From: Dipteris shenzhenensis
Taxonomy: Eukaryota
Assembly (NCBI GenBank): GCA_047967505.1
Contig: CM106538.1
DNA: 64,000 bases
Direction: 5' to 3' (one strand)
The number at the start of each line of letters is the position of its first letter. Position 1 is the stretch's first letter. The notes beneath the pieces were generated by a model. That model did not search any database and was not told the origin of the DNA. It was given only the letters and a program-made list of their open reading frames with translations. The translations under genes were made by a program, and so were the position numbers. Positions 47,760 through 61,390 of the stretch are shown piece by piece.

Positions 47760-49968
47760 AAACAACAAGCCTAAGCAAAGCATACAAATTGTATGATCCC
47801 ATCAACTGCAAAGTCATTACCTCCAGAGATGTAATCTTTGATAGGAATCAGAATGGAAAACCTCACCTACATAGGAGATAGAAGCATCGACTTCACAGTC
47901 ATCTACAGAACAGGTTGATGAAGAAGAGCAAGAATTGCCAGCAACACCCTAAGCAGAGCCACAGCAGCTCAGATGCTCTACTAGGGAAAGCAAACCTCCA
48001 GCCAAATTGACATATGCTTAGAAAGGCAAAGCAATTCAGGTGGAAACCACCAACTATGCTGTTATGACTACCATCATGGCTACAGAAGAGCTAGTGTACT
48101 TCGAAGACGCAGTAGACAAGCCAGAATGGCAAACTCCTATGAATGAAGAAATGGATGCTTTGTATAAGAATAATACTTGGGAACTATGTGACCTTCCACC
48201 AAGAAAGAAGGCCATAACACACAAATGGGTATACAAAGTGAAGTACAATCTAGATGGAAGTATTCAAAGATACAAAGCCCTAGTTGCAAAAGGATTTGCA
48301 CAGCAGTATGGTCAAGATTATAATGAGACTTATGCTCCAGTAGCAAAGATGGATTCCATATGGTTCTTGATATCACTAGCAACACTCAACAAATGGAATG
48401 TGTATCAGCTCGATGTCAAGAATGCATTTCTCAATGGTTATCTAGATGAGGAAGTCTACATGCAACAACCAGTAGGTTATGTTGAACCAGGAAAGGAGAA
48501 TAAGGTTTGCCATCTTAAGAAAAGTCTCTATGGCTTAAAGCAAGCACCCAGAAGTTGGTACAACAGAATTGACAAGTATTTTGCTGATCTGGGATACATG
48601 AAATCCAATGCAGATCATACTCTCTACTACAAAGTTCAAGGGGAAGACATTACTATTGCACTTTTGTACGTAGATGATCTGATTATGACAGGAAGCAAGG
48701 ATAGCTTCATCAAAAAATTGAAACAAGACTTATCTGCAGAGTTTAACATGAAAGATCTTGGACTTATGCACTATTGTCTTAGAATTGAGTTCTGGAGAGA
48801 TTCAGATAGCACATTCATGACTTAGCTCAAGTATGTTGACAGTCTCCTAAAGAAGTTTCATATGGCAGATTGAAGGATTGCAGCCACTCCCATCGAACAG
48901 AGTTTGAAACTTACTAAAGATTCAGAAAAGCCTACAATCAATGACAGATATACAGGCAGCTCATCAGATCTCTTATATATCTGACAATCACACGGCCAAA
49001 TATTCATTATGCAGTAAGCTCACTAGCACAGTTTATGGCAAATGCAAAACAATCTCACTGGAATGCAGCCAAAAGAGTCCTGAGATACATCAGAGGTACA
49101 GGACAATTTGGGATAGAATATAGAGGAACTCATCCACAGTTGCATGGATACTGTGACAGTGACTATGCCAGAGATCATGAGACTAGGAGATCAACACAAG
49201 GATATGCATTTTTCCTTGGTCAAGGTGCTATATCATGGTTGTCAAACAAACAGCCAACTATTTCTTTGTCTTCAACTGAAGCAAAATATAGAGCACTCAT
49301 TACAGGTGCATGTGAGGCTATATGGCTCAAAAGACTATTATCAGAAACAGATTACTTTGATGAGTCAAAGCCAACAACAATATACTGTGATAATCAATTG
49401 GCTCAAGCATTGGCCAAGAATCTAGTATATCACTCCAGGACAAAGCACATTGATGTCAGAGAGCACTTCATCAGAGAAAGAGTGTTACTTGGTGACATCA
49501 CACTATAGCATTGTGATAGCAAAGAGAATGTTGTAGACATCTTTACCAAACCACTCGATAAAGAGCTATTCGAGAAACACTGACTAGCTCTTGGTTTGAT
49601 GCAGAGGAAGGACATTCCCACTAAAGGGGTGTGATGGAATGTAATGCTCAGTCCTTGTTCGATTCCCCAGAATCATCATCTTGAGGGAAGGCCTACTTCA
49701 TGATGTTGATCTTGAGGGAAGGTGTTGAGAGTTCACGCTTAACATCATGTGATCATGTGTGCATAGCACCATCACGTGATCATATGTGCATAGCACTAAC
49801 CTTATAGAGTGCTATAAAGGAAAGGGTTAGATCGCCTAACCCTAACCCTAAATGGGTTTGTATATACAACTAAATCTAGTGTACAGTTAGTCATTTGTGG
49901 TGTGCTCTCTAGCTGTGCCCTCTCTCCTCATCTCCACTCTTCTCCTCTTCCATCTTCATATTTTGTCA
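47760..49968 (+). mobile_element. 3' half of a Ty1/copia element (RT, RNase H, PPT, 3' LTR)
   Basis: RT (KWVYKVK, QLDVKNAFLNG, LYGLKQAPRSW, LYVDD), RNase H (GYCDSDYA, RTKHIDVR), PPT gagggaagg, LTR TG...CA at 49723-49968. Confidence 0.93.
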
Positions 49969-50769
49969 TATAGTAGCCACTGAGTAAAGTACTCTATTTT
50001 TCTCTTTCATGGCAAGCAACTTGGTCCATGTCGAAGAACTCTCAAGAGCAAATGTCACCGAATTGGCTATGCCTACTTCACCAGAATCCATGCTCGACTG
50101 GAAGCAAGCACACAAATGGATGATCAAGAAGATATTTTCCACAATCCCGATTACACACCAAGTGGAACCAGTTCTTCCGACAATTCTGTGCATGGCACAG
50201 AAGTAAGTGAAGTACAGCTCGAACTTACCCAATTGATGGTGCAATCACTTGTGGAAGAATTAAAGTATTGCAACAAATTTCACAACACAATTGTGTTGGG
50301 GAACTGAAGAGAAAGCATGAAGTGAACACAAAATGAGAATGCTTGCTTTTTTGGAATGAAGAAAGGTGAGGTCCTTATGTAGGCACCTCTTACATGATCA
50401 CTGACATCACTGATGACCTCTGATCTCCACAATCAGCTCCTAGATTCTCTCAATCATCCTATGTGGCATCTACCACCACCTAACAGTGCTTATGGGCACC
50501 TAACTGTGCCTCTAGCACACACACATAGAAACCAAGGTGTGCCTGGGGCATACACCTTGAGATATCCCATCATAGCCCCCCTTAAGGAAATGCCTCAAGC
50601 TATGTCAAGGATAGATCTAGTCTCATAGTTTCTCATGCCATCTCATGGTGGTCAAGGATAAATCTATGGCTAGGTTCTCATGCTAGCAAGGGGTTCCCAA
50701 GGGTGTGAAGTAAACAAAGGGATACATAAGACCTTCCAATGGCTATCTCCCCTGCATGTACATGCACAC

Positions 50770-51700
50770 AATGTCTGCAGAAGCATCCATCTTGCAAGCC
50801 TTCCTATTAATTGCTGCTTATTTACCAAATAAATCAAAGCAGCATGGTGGTCAACATGAAATTTTACCTTATTAGCCAGTAAATAATGTCTAAACTTATG
50901 CAATGCATAAATCATGCCAAGTTCCTCTCTTTCTATAACTGCATAGTTTCTTTCATGTTTGGTTAAGATCCTGCTTGCATAGGTAGGAACCATTTTGGTG
51001 TTTTCTGTTGCATTAGTACTGCACCAACTGGTGAATCTGAAGCATCCACAAATACTTCAAAAAGAAGAGACCAATCAAGGGGTTGTAGGATAGGTGCCAC
51101 TATGAGCATCTTTTTCAAAATGCTGAATGCATCTTCTTGAGGGCTTCCCCAGATGAATGGTTATGTATCTCTAGTCAGCTTTGTGAGAGGATAACAAATA
51201 TCTGCAAGGTATCTTAAAAATCTACAATGCCATTTGATTTGGCCTAGAAATCTTTGAACTTGTTTGATGTTTTTTGGGGCTTCAGCAAATCTGCATCTAG
51301 CAAAGCATAATGCTAAACTCCATTTTTCCAAAAACTGAGAAATCATCAAAAAATACCTTCATGAAGGATGTGAGGTACTCTGCACATACCTCTTGTATAT
51401 ATTTTTGAAAAGTAGGTGGGGCATTCTTCAATCCAAAAGTCATCACATTTGATGCAAACACGCCCCATTCTATGACAAAAGCAGTTTTATCTCTATCTTC
51501 TGGAGCCATTCTGATTTGGTTATACCCACTAAAATCATCCAAAAAGCTATAAATTTCATGTCCAGCTACAGCATCAAGTAATGAATCACAAAATGGCAAT
51601 GGGAATGGATCAGTGATATTGGCTGCATTTAAGTTTCTATAGTCTACACAGATTCTCATTTTCCCATTTTTCTTTGGAACAATGACAATAGGAGATAGAC
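50770..51700 (-). pseudogene. Ty3/gypsy RT and RNase H fragment
   Basis: RICVDYRNLN, DPFPLP, LDDFSGYNQI, FGLKNAP, FFDDF, VDASD, ERNYAVIEREELGMIYALHKFRHYL. Confidence 0.92.
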
Positions 51701-52413
51701 ATGTGACATGTGTCAGAGGATATGATGAAGGATGGGTCGGTGCTCTTGTTGTGTAGACCGGGCTCTCCTTTCTAGTTGCCTTTGAGTCTGAGCTCAGTGT
51801 TGAGGTTCCACTAAGAGCTTGGAGATTGTTGTTTTGAAGTTGGGAGGACTACACAGTATGGATCAAATTGGCATCACTCCTCTGCATTTGGATGGTTTAG
51901 GAGCCGCCCAGCTCTTGGAGGTCATAGGTAGTGCAGCCTTACGAGCCTTGGAGTCACCCAACTCTATGATCCTTTTTGTCTCTCCCTCATAGTAGAGTAA
52001 GATCTAGGATATCTCTTTCTCACACAAGAACAATGGATGGAACATATGAATCTCTCTAAATGATTCTAAGGAGTTGGAAAAGAATGGACTCTCTCTATCT
52101 CTCTCTCAAGGAACTGTCTCTGATCTCTTGAAGAATAGAAGAGACCTCTCAAATCTCTCAAACAAAGGATGGTCCCTCAACTAAAGCTACAACCATGCTC
52201 TGATACCATGTCAAATCGAGGGATCAAGGAGGATCAAAGCACTATAAGAGAGAGACATAGGGTAGCAAACACTCAATCTATTGCTCTGTTGTGGATGTCC
52301 TCGATCCACATCCTCACATCATGTAGTCCACATCCTAGGGTGGCTACTTTAATACATTCCTATACCATACCTTAGCCTCTAATTATGTGCTCATGGCATC
52401 ATATTCCTCAACA
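51700..52413 (-). mobile_element. 5' LTR (52209-52413), tRNA-iMet PBS and leader of an LTR element
   Basis: PBS at 52197-52208. The LTR reads TGTTGAG...TTTGACA on the minus strand. Confidence 0.75.
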
Positions 52414-52996
52414 TGGGTTACCTCTTTGCTTGGCTACTCATCTTGATTAGGTTCTAGGTTGGTTTGTGATGAGCTTGGTGATGAACTTGTGGCTCCCTAT
52501 TGCTTAGCCTTAATTAAGCTTGTCTGGAGACCTAATATTGCTTGAGACATACCTTCTAGTACAAGCTCTACTATAGGTGCTCTTCCCTTTAGCTCTCTTG
52601 CTCAAGGATTTCATTCACATTTTTATGTTTACGTTAACCCGCAATTCATGAAAGTCACTTTCATTCCAAAAATTCATGAAAATAACATGATCACATTGGT
52701 AACTTGAAAATGTCATCGGTGAAACCCTGGAAATGTATACCGCTAGTAATCCACACATTACCATATTGGTGGTAAAGGCATATATAACAACATTATATTT
52801 AAAAAAACCAACGGTACGTTACTATTAATGATGGTATCAAGGCTTGTAGTGACAGTAGCTTTGATTAGATTCCCCACCCATTTTATGCATATAAAAGGCT
52901 TGTGAGAGCCACAAGTGCTCTTCATTCAGCAAGATTGTAGTCCATAGGTCTGCACTTAGTGTGTTGGGGTCAGGTGCACCGAATTCGAGTCATAAA

Positions 52997-53047
52997 AGAG
53001 AGAGAGAGAGTGTGTGTGTGTGTGTGTGTTTGTGTGTTTGTGTGTGT
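52997..53047. repeat. (AG)n(TG)n microsatellite
   Basis: Directly visible. Confidence 0.9.
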
Positions 53048-53378
53048 CTATTCATTGTGATAGCTGGAGTGTTCAACTCCTCTAATATCTTGTGTATTGG
53101 GCTACCCATCAACCACAACGGCAAGGCAAAGAATGCGAAGTGGTATATGTGAGGTATTACGATGTCCAAGAGGTGTCTTTTACACAAGTTTTTGGATTGG
53201 AATACTACCTTTATATTCATGTCACATGTGAGGTACTAGATTGTATTTGGAGAGCTTGTGTTGATATGTGTCTATGCTTTGAGAACTTTTGTTGGAAAAT
53301 TTATAACCTTTAAGTATGGAGATTAGAAATGGAATAATAGGAGTGAAATTCTTTATGTTTCTCTTTTAGCAACCAATC

Positions 53379-53760
53379 ATGTCTTCAGAGGGACAAGGTC
53401 AAAATCCTGTAAAGGCATTGGATTACATAACGATGTTAATCAATGGAACTTGGAGATGTAATATTTTCAACCAAGAGCTACAAGGAAAAATAAGTAAGAA
53501 CTTCTAAGGTGATGATAGAAAGTACATAAAGTGTTGGGTACTAGGGGCTTAGAGAGTTGAAGCCATTCTGTGAGAGCAAACCCAAATGATGGAACATCAC
53601 ATCTAGAATCCTAGAGTGAGGCTCATGGATGAGGTTGAAATCCTACAGCCACAAGATTTTGTTATGATGTTAGTTGGTGGAAAGTGGAGATGTAACATTT
53701 GCAGAGAAGAGTACAATGGAGAGACCAAAAAATATGTGGATGTCATATATTCAAATAAAT
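53379..53760 (+). pseudogene. Two degenerate BED-finger-like fragments (hAT transposase N-terminus-like)
   Basis: DYITMLINGTWRCNIFNQELQG and DFVMMLVGGKWRCNICREEYNG. Confidence 0.35.
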
Positions 53761-54974
53761 GGAAAATGCCAGATACAAGAATTTGTAGTTTGTAAGACTC
53801 AAGAGCTTAAAGCTACTACATGGACATCAAATCACTAAGCCCAAAAATTATATACAAAGAAGCTTGGAACTAAACCCAAGAAAGTGGGCACAACCTTCTT
53901 GCTTGCATGGTTCGTAAGCAAGAAGGTTGTGCCCGCAAGGTGTGACATAGAATCCACTAAATGCATAAAAAACTATCTAATAAATTGGACATAAAAGTGC
54001 ATCTTCACTATCTTTGAGAAATGGCTACATGGGGCATAGTTGGTTTATAGCGTAGTGACATATCATGTGGCCGCACCCCTTGCAATGAGGCACTTTGGTC
54101 CATGCATGCCTACCTTAGTTGCATGTTCAATTCGGTTAAGCTCACTAATTGTGCAACTTGATTTATGACCAAATTCCATGCCATTCCTTTGTCATTGTGT
54201 TTTTCAGCCATGGAATCTCCTCAAAGTGCACTTTAATTTCATAACGAAGCCTTTACAACTACTCCTCCATTCCAACCAAATGCATCTAAGAGCATCTCTT
54301 GTGTTATCACAACATCCGTACGAGTCCTTACACGTTTGTCATTGTGTGAGAAGAAATCTATGAGGATCCCTTTCACAAAGTGCCAAAATATTATCTTTAC
54401 AAAGTATAGAGGAACATCCCTAGGGCTCTTTGCCATAAATGTAGATGTGAATATCATGTGACCATGTTTTGATCTCCGAGTGCCTACAGTCACACTGATT
54501 TGTGGTTTTCACACACAACCTTGCCTAGCTTTCTGGAATGGTGACTATGTAAACTGTCACCACATGAAGGGCAAGCATAATATATTGAGACATTGGGTCT
54601 TGAAATGATAAACATAAGTCAACACACAACAAATCAATGAGATGAAAAACAAAACTGGAGCCTACAAAAAGAATGGATGAGAGCACTTGAACAATGATTG
54701 TGCATCGACCCATTGCACAAATTGAATGGGCCCACCACACCTCCATTGAGACATAAAATAGCAAAAGCATTCCACAAACAAAGTTGTTACCACCTTACCA
54801 AAGGCATCTCCAAATTCCCACTTTTCCAACACTAATATAGTCCCATCTACGTGGTCTAAGCCTTATCCAAAAAAAAAGCAAAAAGGAATACAATGTTGCA
54901 TCCCCCCACACATCGTTCAATGGGGTTTTGCAGTTAAGTCCTACTTTTGGATCTGCTAAAAGGTGACTTATGAT

Positions 54975-57900
54975 TCTACTATCAACCCATCCGAGCTTGT
55001 AGACTTCCCTTTCTTGGTCCAACAGTCAAGTTGGAGCCAACAGAAGAGAGGCTTGATTGGATAGGACCTATTCTTCTCAAGAGCTAGTAAGGCAAGCTAG
55101 CTTTCTTCAGACTCAGGTCGTCTCTTCTCTTTTTCTCTTTGACCATAAGCCAGTCCTCCTCAAATGTGACTTTGGCCCAGGACAAAAAACCACCTCCTGG
55201 TTTAAGGATGATCCTAAATTCTTTGACCTTAAAAGTGTCCAAGAAGGGGTTAAAACAATATGGCTGATGGTCTTCATTGATTCTAACTCAATTAGTGACT
55301 CCTGGTGTATAGCTATAGAACAGATCCAAAGACTACTCAGAAAAGCAAGAAAATACAAAGCAAAAATAAGGGCCAAGAGAATGGACAGTATCCAAGACAT
55401 GACTGTTTCCATGGAGACCTTAGCCAGACAAGGGGACCCACATGCCCAGGCTGACTTGGTTGGGAAAAGAAATGAACTCAGAATTCAAGAGCAGATTTTA
55501 CTTAATGACTCCAAAATATACTTCAGGGATTGGTGGGCTGGTAAAGCTGAGAGACCTACCAAAGACCTACCAAAGAATACTTCAAGCTTATTAGAGGAAA
55601 GAGATCTAATGAAGCGATTCCCCTCCTTAGAAAAGCTAAAAATTCTCTTGCTTCATCTACTGAGGAGAATATTGATCTCATTCATCTCCACTTTCAGAAC
55701 TTGTTATCCTCCACTATACAAGTTGATGCTGAAGTGACCAAGGCCAGGGAACTATGCAAGGATGCTAGAAAGAACACTGTACTCAGTTTTGATAACAAAT
55801 ATCTTGAAAAGCCTCTATCTATTGATGAACTCTTTGAGGCTGTCAAGGTAATGGCAGATGACAAAATACCAAGAGATGGATTGCCAATTGAATTCTACAA
55901 AAAAATTTGGTCCACTATTGGTCCGTATCTCCTACTATTATGGCAAGAGAGTGTCAACAATGGGAATCTGCCTACTCATATTAATGGGGGAGTTATCAAA
56001 TTAATTCCCAAGGAGGGGGATAAGGAAGAGTTAAGAAACTGGAGGCCACTTACTATGCTTAACTACAGCTATAAGAGCTTTTCTAAAGCCCTTGCTCTGA
56101 GAGTAAAGAATAGATACTTCTAGAACAAAAAGGCATCATAAAGGGTAGACGTCTTCTTGAAGCCATCATTAATATCTAGGAGGGATGTGAGTATGCCAGG
56201 GAAACAAAGCAAGACATATGTTTTCTGAAGGATGACTTTGATAAAGCATATGATAGACTTGAGTGGGACTTCATCACTCAGACTCTGGCTGATATGGGCC
56301 TTGGCCCTCTATTCATCTCATATATCAAATTGCTTCTCACCAATGCTTCAGCCAAGATCTGTGTCAATGGTGTCATGAGTCCACCCTTTGTCCTTAAAAG
56401 ATCTATAAGACAGGGTTGTCCTATTGCTCCTTTACTATTTGAAATTGCTGCAAACTCTCTAGGGTGGTTTCTTCAACATCAAAGTCAAGAAGGAAATGTG
56501 AAAGGCATTGAGCTACCCTATGGAAAACACCTTATTTGCCAATACTTTGCTGATGACACAAATTTAACCCTCAAAAATGAGACTTAGGATATTAAAAAAG
56601 CTATGGAGCCTTAGAGATCTTTTGTAAAGCTTCTAGATCAAAAATCAATCATTCCAAAACTAGGTATGCAACTCTCAAAGGGGATGAACAGGCTTTCTTG
56701 GAGGAGATGGGCTGCCAAGAGAATCAAACATCATACTATCTTCAGATTATTGGTTATCCCCATGGGGTTTGACATTTCCCTCAAACAGAGATGGGACTGG
56801 TTCTTGAACAGATTTCAAAGCAAGATTGAGAAATGGAGAGGGTTCCAGGCCAGTCTAGCTAGAAGGAGAATGGTTCTCAACCACTGCATATACCCTATTG
56901 TCCTTTTCTACCTCACTTCTTGGTCCCCTTCTAGAACAAGAATTGACAGGTTCATTAGAATTTGCAGATCCTTTCTTTGGAGGGGCAAGATAGCCAAGGC
57001 CAAATGGGATTTTTGTATCAAACCCAAGTAGGAAGGAGGAATATAGAGCAGGCTTCCTTGAAACTATCCTCAACTTGGATAATTAAAGCAATCCTCCATC
57101 CTCTTGAGGATTGGGCCCAAATCCTTCTAAGGAATGTCAGCTCCCTAAGACCTTTGAGAGCTCCCAAATGGAAAAAGTACCCTATGCTGTCACCTATTTG
57201 TAACCTTGAACCCTGTAAATCTAAAGGCAGTCCGCTTTGGCATTCACTATGGACAGCCTTTGAAGGAATTAAAAGCCAAATTGTCTTCTCTGGAAAAGGA
57301 GCTTTTAAAAATTAGATTCAATCTTGGTCTCTGTTATCTTCAAGGAGGTTGTTCTCTCTGATGAAGACTTTGATAAGGCTGCTATATTCTTCAAAAAAGG
57401 ACTGCAATGCTGGAGTCAGCTTTGGAGTAGAGCTGAGCTAAGCTGGAAGACCTAGATTGAGATTAGGAGGGAGTTCAGATTAAACAACCAAAGCTAGACT
57501 TTAGTCATGAACAAAATTCACCTCTGGGAGGGAAATCAGCAATGGAAAGGTGGATCATTCTTGGTATACAGCAGAGAGTTCAGTTGGGTTGAGAGTACTT
57601 CCTTCTTCCCTATCCCCACTCCAGCCAGGGTTATAGGGGATCTCTCCATTGTCCTTAATACTAGCTGGAAATTGCAGGAGTCTAGGGGTAAATGGAAATT
57701 CAGATTCTACTCCATTTGGTCAAGCTCAATCCCTGACAAAATGTCTGCCTTGCTTTGGCTAATAATGCATAAAGCTGTGTGGACTAACAATAGAGGACTA
57801 AGAATCGGAAAGGGAAATGGCAAATGCATGAGGTTCCCCTCTACAGATGAAGATATCTTCCACCTCTTTGTTGCATGTCCTGTTGCTAGAAAGGTATGGA

Positions 57901-58592
57901 AAATTATACAATTTGAAACAGGGGAGCCAATAAATTAGAAGGCTATACTACTAGGTGACTCTTCAAAGACAAAACAGGAGATATGGGCACCTATAAGAGC
58001 ACATGCACTGTGGTTTATTTGGATAACCAGAAACAATTTTCAGTTTAATCAAATTGAGTTGCATGCTGACTTACTTTTTTTGAATTGGTTGCACAAGACC
58101 AAAGGAAAATTACGAAGATGATAAACCAGTTCAAAACTGACGCTGCCCTTTTTAATGCTGATCTACAAGACCATGTACAAAGATGCTTTGGGATGGAAAA
58201 CACTACCCCCTTTAAAATCCCTCTTGAATTTACTGGTTTTCTTAAGCAAGTCCCCCCTCCAACTGTAAAGAAGGAACCAGTGTCACCCAGTGAAGCCCAT
58301 GCTGCTGCCACAGATGACTCTAACAGTTTTGGTGATTCAGATGAGTTCAACTACTTTGACTACTTTACTGATGATGGCAGAGATGATACAGATGATTCAT
58401 ATGTACCTCTCTTCTAAATCTGCTACTGTGACAAAGTTAGAAGCCCTCAAGCTCATGAGTGTCTATCAAAAATGTTTTGTTAAAGAAACTTCTCCCCATG
58501 GGGGCTAGCTGTTCTATGATAAAGAACATGTACTGTGCATATTGCTGATGATATAATATAATACAAAGTTTTTTCTACCCAAAAAATAATAA
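54975..58592 (+). mobile_element. 5'-truncated L1/Tx1-type LINE (ORF2 relic), related to 38001-42277
   Basis: FSWSN..LDR..FDHKPV, DGLPIEFYK, NWRPLTMLN, SIRQGCPIAPLLF, YFADDT, zf-RVT EDIFHLFVACPVARKVW, 3' end ttttctacccaaaaaa. Confidence 0.92.
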
Positions 58593-58879
58593 TAAAGACA
58601 TATGCTATGTGCCAAAGTTTGGTCACCAAATTCCCTCCTTGTCCACCAGCTAATCAATGGAGACCCAATTATATTTCTTCTACATAACTTGAAAAAAAGC
58701 ATGGAGGGGTAGTCACCAATTGATAACAATAGCTAGCGGCTCAAGCTCACAGATATCCAAAGCGTCCTCTAACTCCATTAAGATGAGGACATGAATGAAA
58801 CATTTCCTAATCCTTGTCGGATTAGTAGCAAGCTCTCTTCTCTACACATAGTATTACTATACTCAATCCTTGACCTGAA

Positions 58880-60950
58880 AGACCAACTGCGCCATGATGG
58901 CCTTAACCCACCTGAGACTTGTTGAGTGTGCACAACCTCTTTCATGCAACTTTATAGGCATCATGAAAAAAATGGAAACGTTTTTCCTTACCACCTCCGA
59001 AATTCCTTGAAACATCTTTATCCCTTTTTTGAGATAACACTTGGACGATGAGAGCCATTACCTCTTCAAACTTTTGTAAGGGTTTCTTTGATGACTTGTC
59101 CTCTAGAGAGCATTTTGAATAGTTCATGTCTAGCAAATTTCCATCCTTAGGTTTCTGTGCTTGGAGAGGCAATGAAACCCCTGGGGCGCCAACTCCCTTT
59201 AGTAAGAAAACCTATCAAAATCTTGAGTATGAGATGAATTTAACAATATGCCATGAGTAGAAATTATTCAAATAAACATGGTTGTGTTCTACAATAAAAG
59301 AGCTTCAAATGTCTTTACATCTTGAAATTTGGGTAACACATGAAAAAGTTACATTAATTTGAAAGGAGATGGGTTTTCATATTTTGGTGTTTTTTTTTTT
59401 TTACCCCCCCATCCAAAAGACCCCCCCTTGGGCCACACATATTATGAAAAATATGTACAAATCTTAAAATCATGTACCTTATATTTTGTGGGAGGGGGGA
59501 GAGGAAATTTTCATATTTTTCCCTCGCATATTTGATTTTTTTTAAAGGAAATCCATGAATATTATAGACCTTATCCCCCCATACCCTAGATTTTGGACAA
59601 GGGTGGTAACATATTACATATTGAGTTGGTGCCCCAGGATGAAACTGCACCCCCTTCGAATTCCCTAGTGGGGATACAACCATCAAGTGAAACTAGGACC
59701 TCCCCTCCCTGTTTCTTGGCCATGCATGTCGAGACTCCCAATAGCTTCCACCACCATTCATTTTTAAGTACTCCCCCATAAGATCTTTAGGACTAATGTT
59801 TGGCTTTGCCAACAACCTTCCAGCCCTCCCCTTTAGGATGTTAAGGACTACCATTTGGCTCCCCTACTTCCTTGGCCCCCACTTCCACCACATGCTTTAC
59901 TACAGTCTCCTTCCCTGCCATGGCTGAGCTACTAGCTTATCGAACATCCCATCTGGTCACAACCCTCCCCCCAACCCTGCGGAGGTGTTCTTGGCTATAT
60001 GTAGGACTTCCTAGCATCGACTGCTCTCTTTTGAGCTCTTTATGAATAGTTGCACATGAAGTGATTGTGTCCTTTGTAAATAAAACGAGTGTCTGGAAAA
60101 ACCCCGAACTGAACTATTGAGTGTGCACAACCCCTTCTGTGACCTTAACATCCATTTGTTATGGGATCTCTTATGAATGATCCCATGGTGTCCAACCCTT
60201 TTTGACCCCGAAAGGCTATCTCTTTGATGAAGGCATGATAAGAAGTTTGCCAAGAGAACAAGTCAACACCTTTAGTGCTTCCCTCGACCAAAAAGTCATT
60301 TAGGAAATTTGACTCGAATAGGGAACTCATGGTAAAGGATCTCATTGACACTGATAGATGGGATCTAAGGAATAACCAAAATGGTCGCCCCTGCATAAAC
60401 AAAGGATCTCGCCACAATAATGTGTAATAGCACCTCCGACACACAACAGATGAGAAGAAAGCCCCTTTTGAGAAACTTAGCTTCAAAACCATTAATGGGG
60501 ATCTCACACTCATATTCTGCAACTTGTCCAGCTCTCACAAAGATGGCACATAGCCTATGAGAAAAACATGTACACCCCTCCTCTAACCAACTTGCCCAGC
60601 TCCAATAATATTTTGTCCATGGGGACTTCACAAGTAAAAGGATTCTTGCACCCCATTCCCCGCCAAGCTTTCTTCTTCGACTCCCATAATCTTCATTCAA
60701 TATCCACCCATAGCACATGTTTGGCTTCCTCGTCTAAAATGGAAAAAAAATCTCTACTGAATAGACCCCGCTGGTCAAGGAGATCCCCTTCACCACCATT
60801 AACTATCCTTGAATAGATCCCGCTGGTCAAGGAGATCCCCTTCACCACCATTAACTAGCTTATTAGACACTTCACCTTCGTCAGGTGCTTCTATCCCTTG
60901 CCCTTCACCCACCCTCCTACCACCTTGCCAACCTCTGCTAAAGTTCCTTG
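58880..60950 (-). pseudogene. Degenerate LINE ORF1-like relic (DUF4283-like), opposite strand
   Basis: AKFLKRGFLLICC..LLHIIVARSFVYAGATILVIP resembles plant L1 ORF1. Heavily frameshifted. Confidence 0.4.
59180..59638. mobile_element. MITE, 459 bp, inverted copy of 42448-42938
   Basis: CCTGGGGCGCCAACTC...GAGTTGGTGCCCCAGG. TSD ATGAAACC/ATGAAACT (7 of 8 match). Confidence 0.92.
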
Positions 60951-61065
60951 ATACTTTCCCAATGAGGACATTTAGCTGCCTTGGGAGTGAGGGGTGAGCT
61001 AATAGAGTGTTGCAAGATGTCAAGCATGCATTGGGCTTCTCGAGAAATGCAAGAGACTTCATAAT

Positions 61066-61390
61066 GATGTATAATATAAGATTTTAAATGTAAGGTTATA
61101 AGGTGACTTCTCTTACAATGTAGAGTTTTCAACATTTCTTGAACATATCAGGATGAAGGTTATAATATCAGATGTTACGTGTCATCACTCCATAAGCAAT
61201 GGGTATGAAACTTGGAATAAAGCCTAATGTATAAGATAAGATTTTTAATGTAAGGTTGTAAGGTGGTTTCTCTTACAATGTATAGTTTTTGATATTTCTA
61301 GTACATATTAGGATGAATGTTATAATATAAGACGTTAAATGTAATCACTCCATTAACTATATGAAGCTTGGAATAATGCCTACTATATGT
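61066..61390. repeat. Two-copy AT-rich tandem repeat (about 160 bp)
   Basis: atgtataa.ataagatttt.aatgtaaggtt.taaggtg..ttctcttacaatgta at about 61067 and 61227. Confidence 0.8.
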
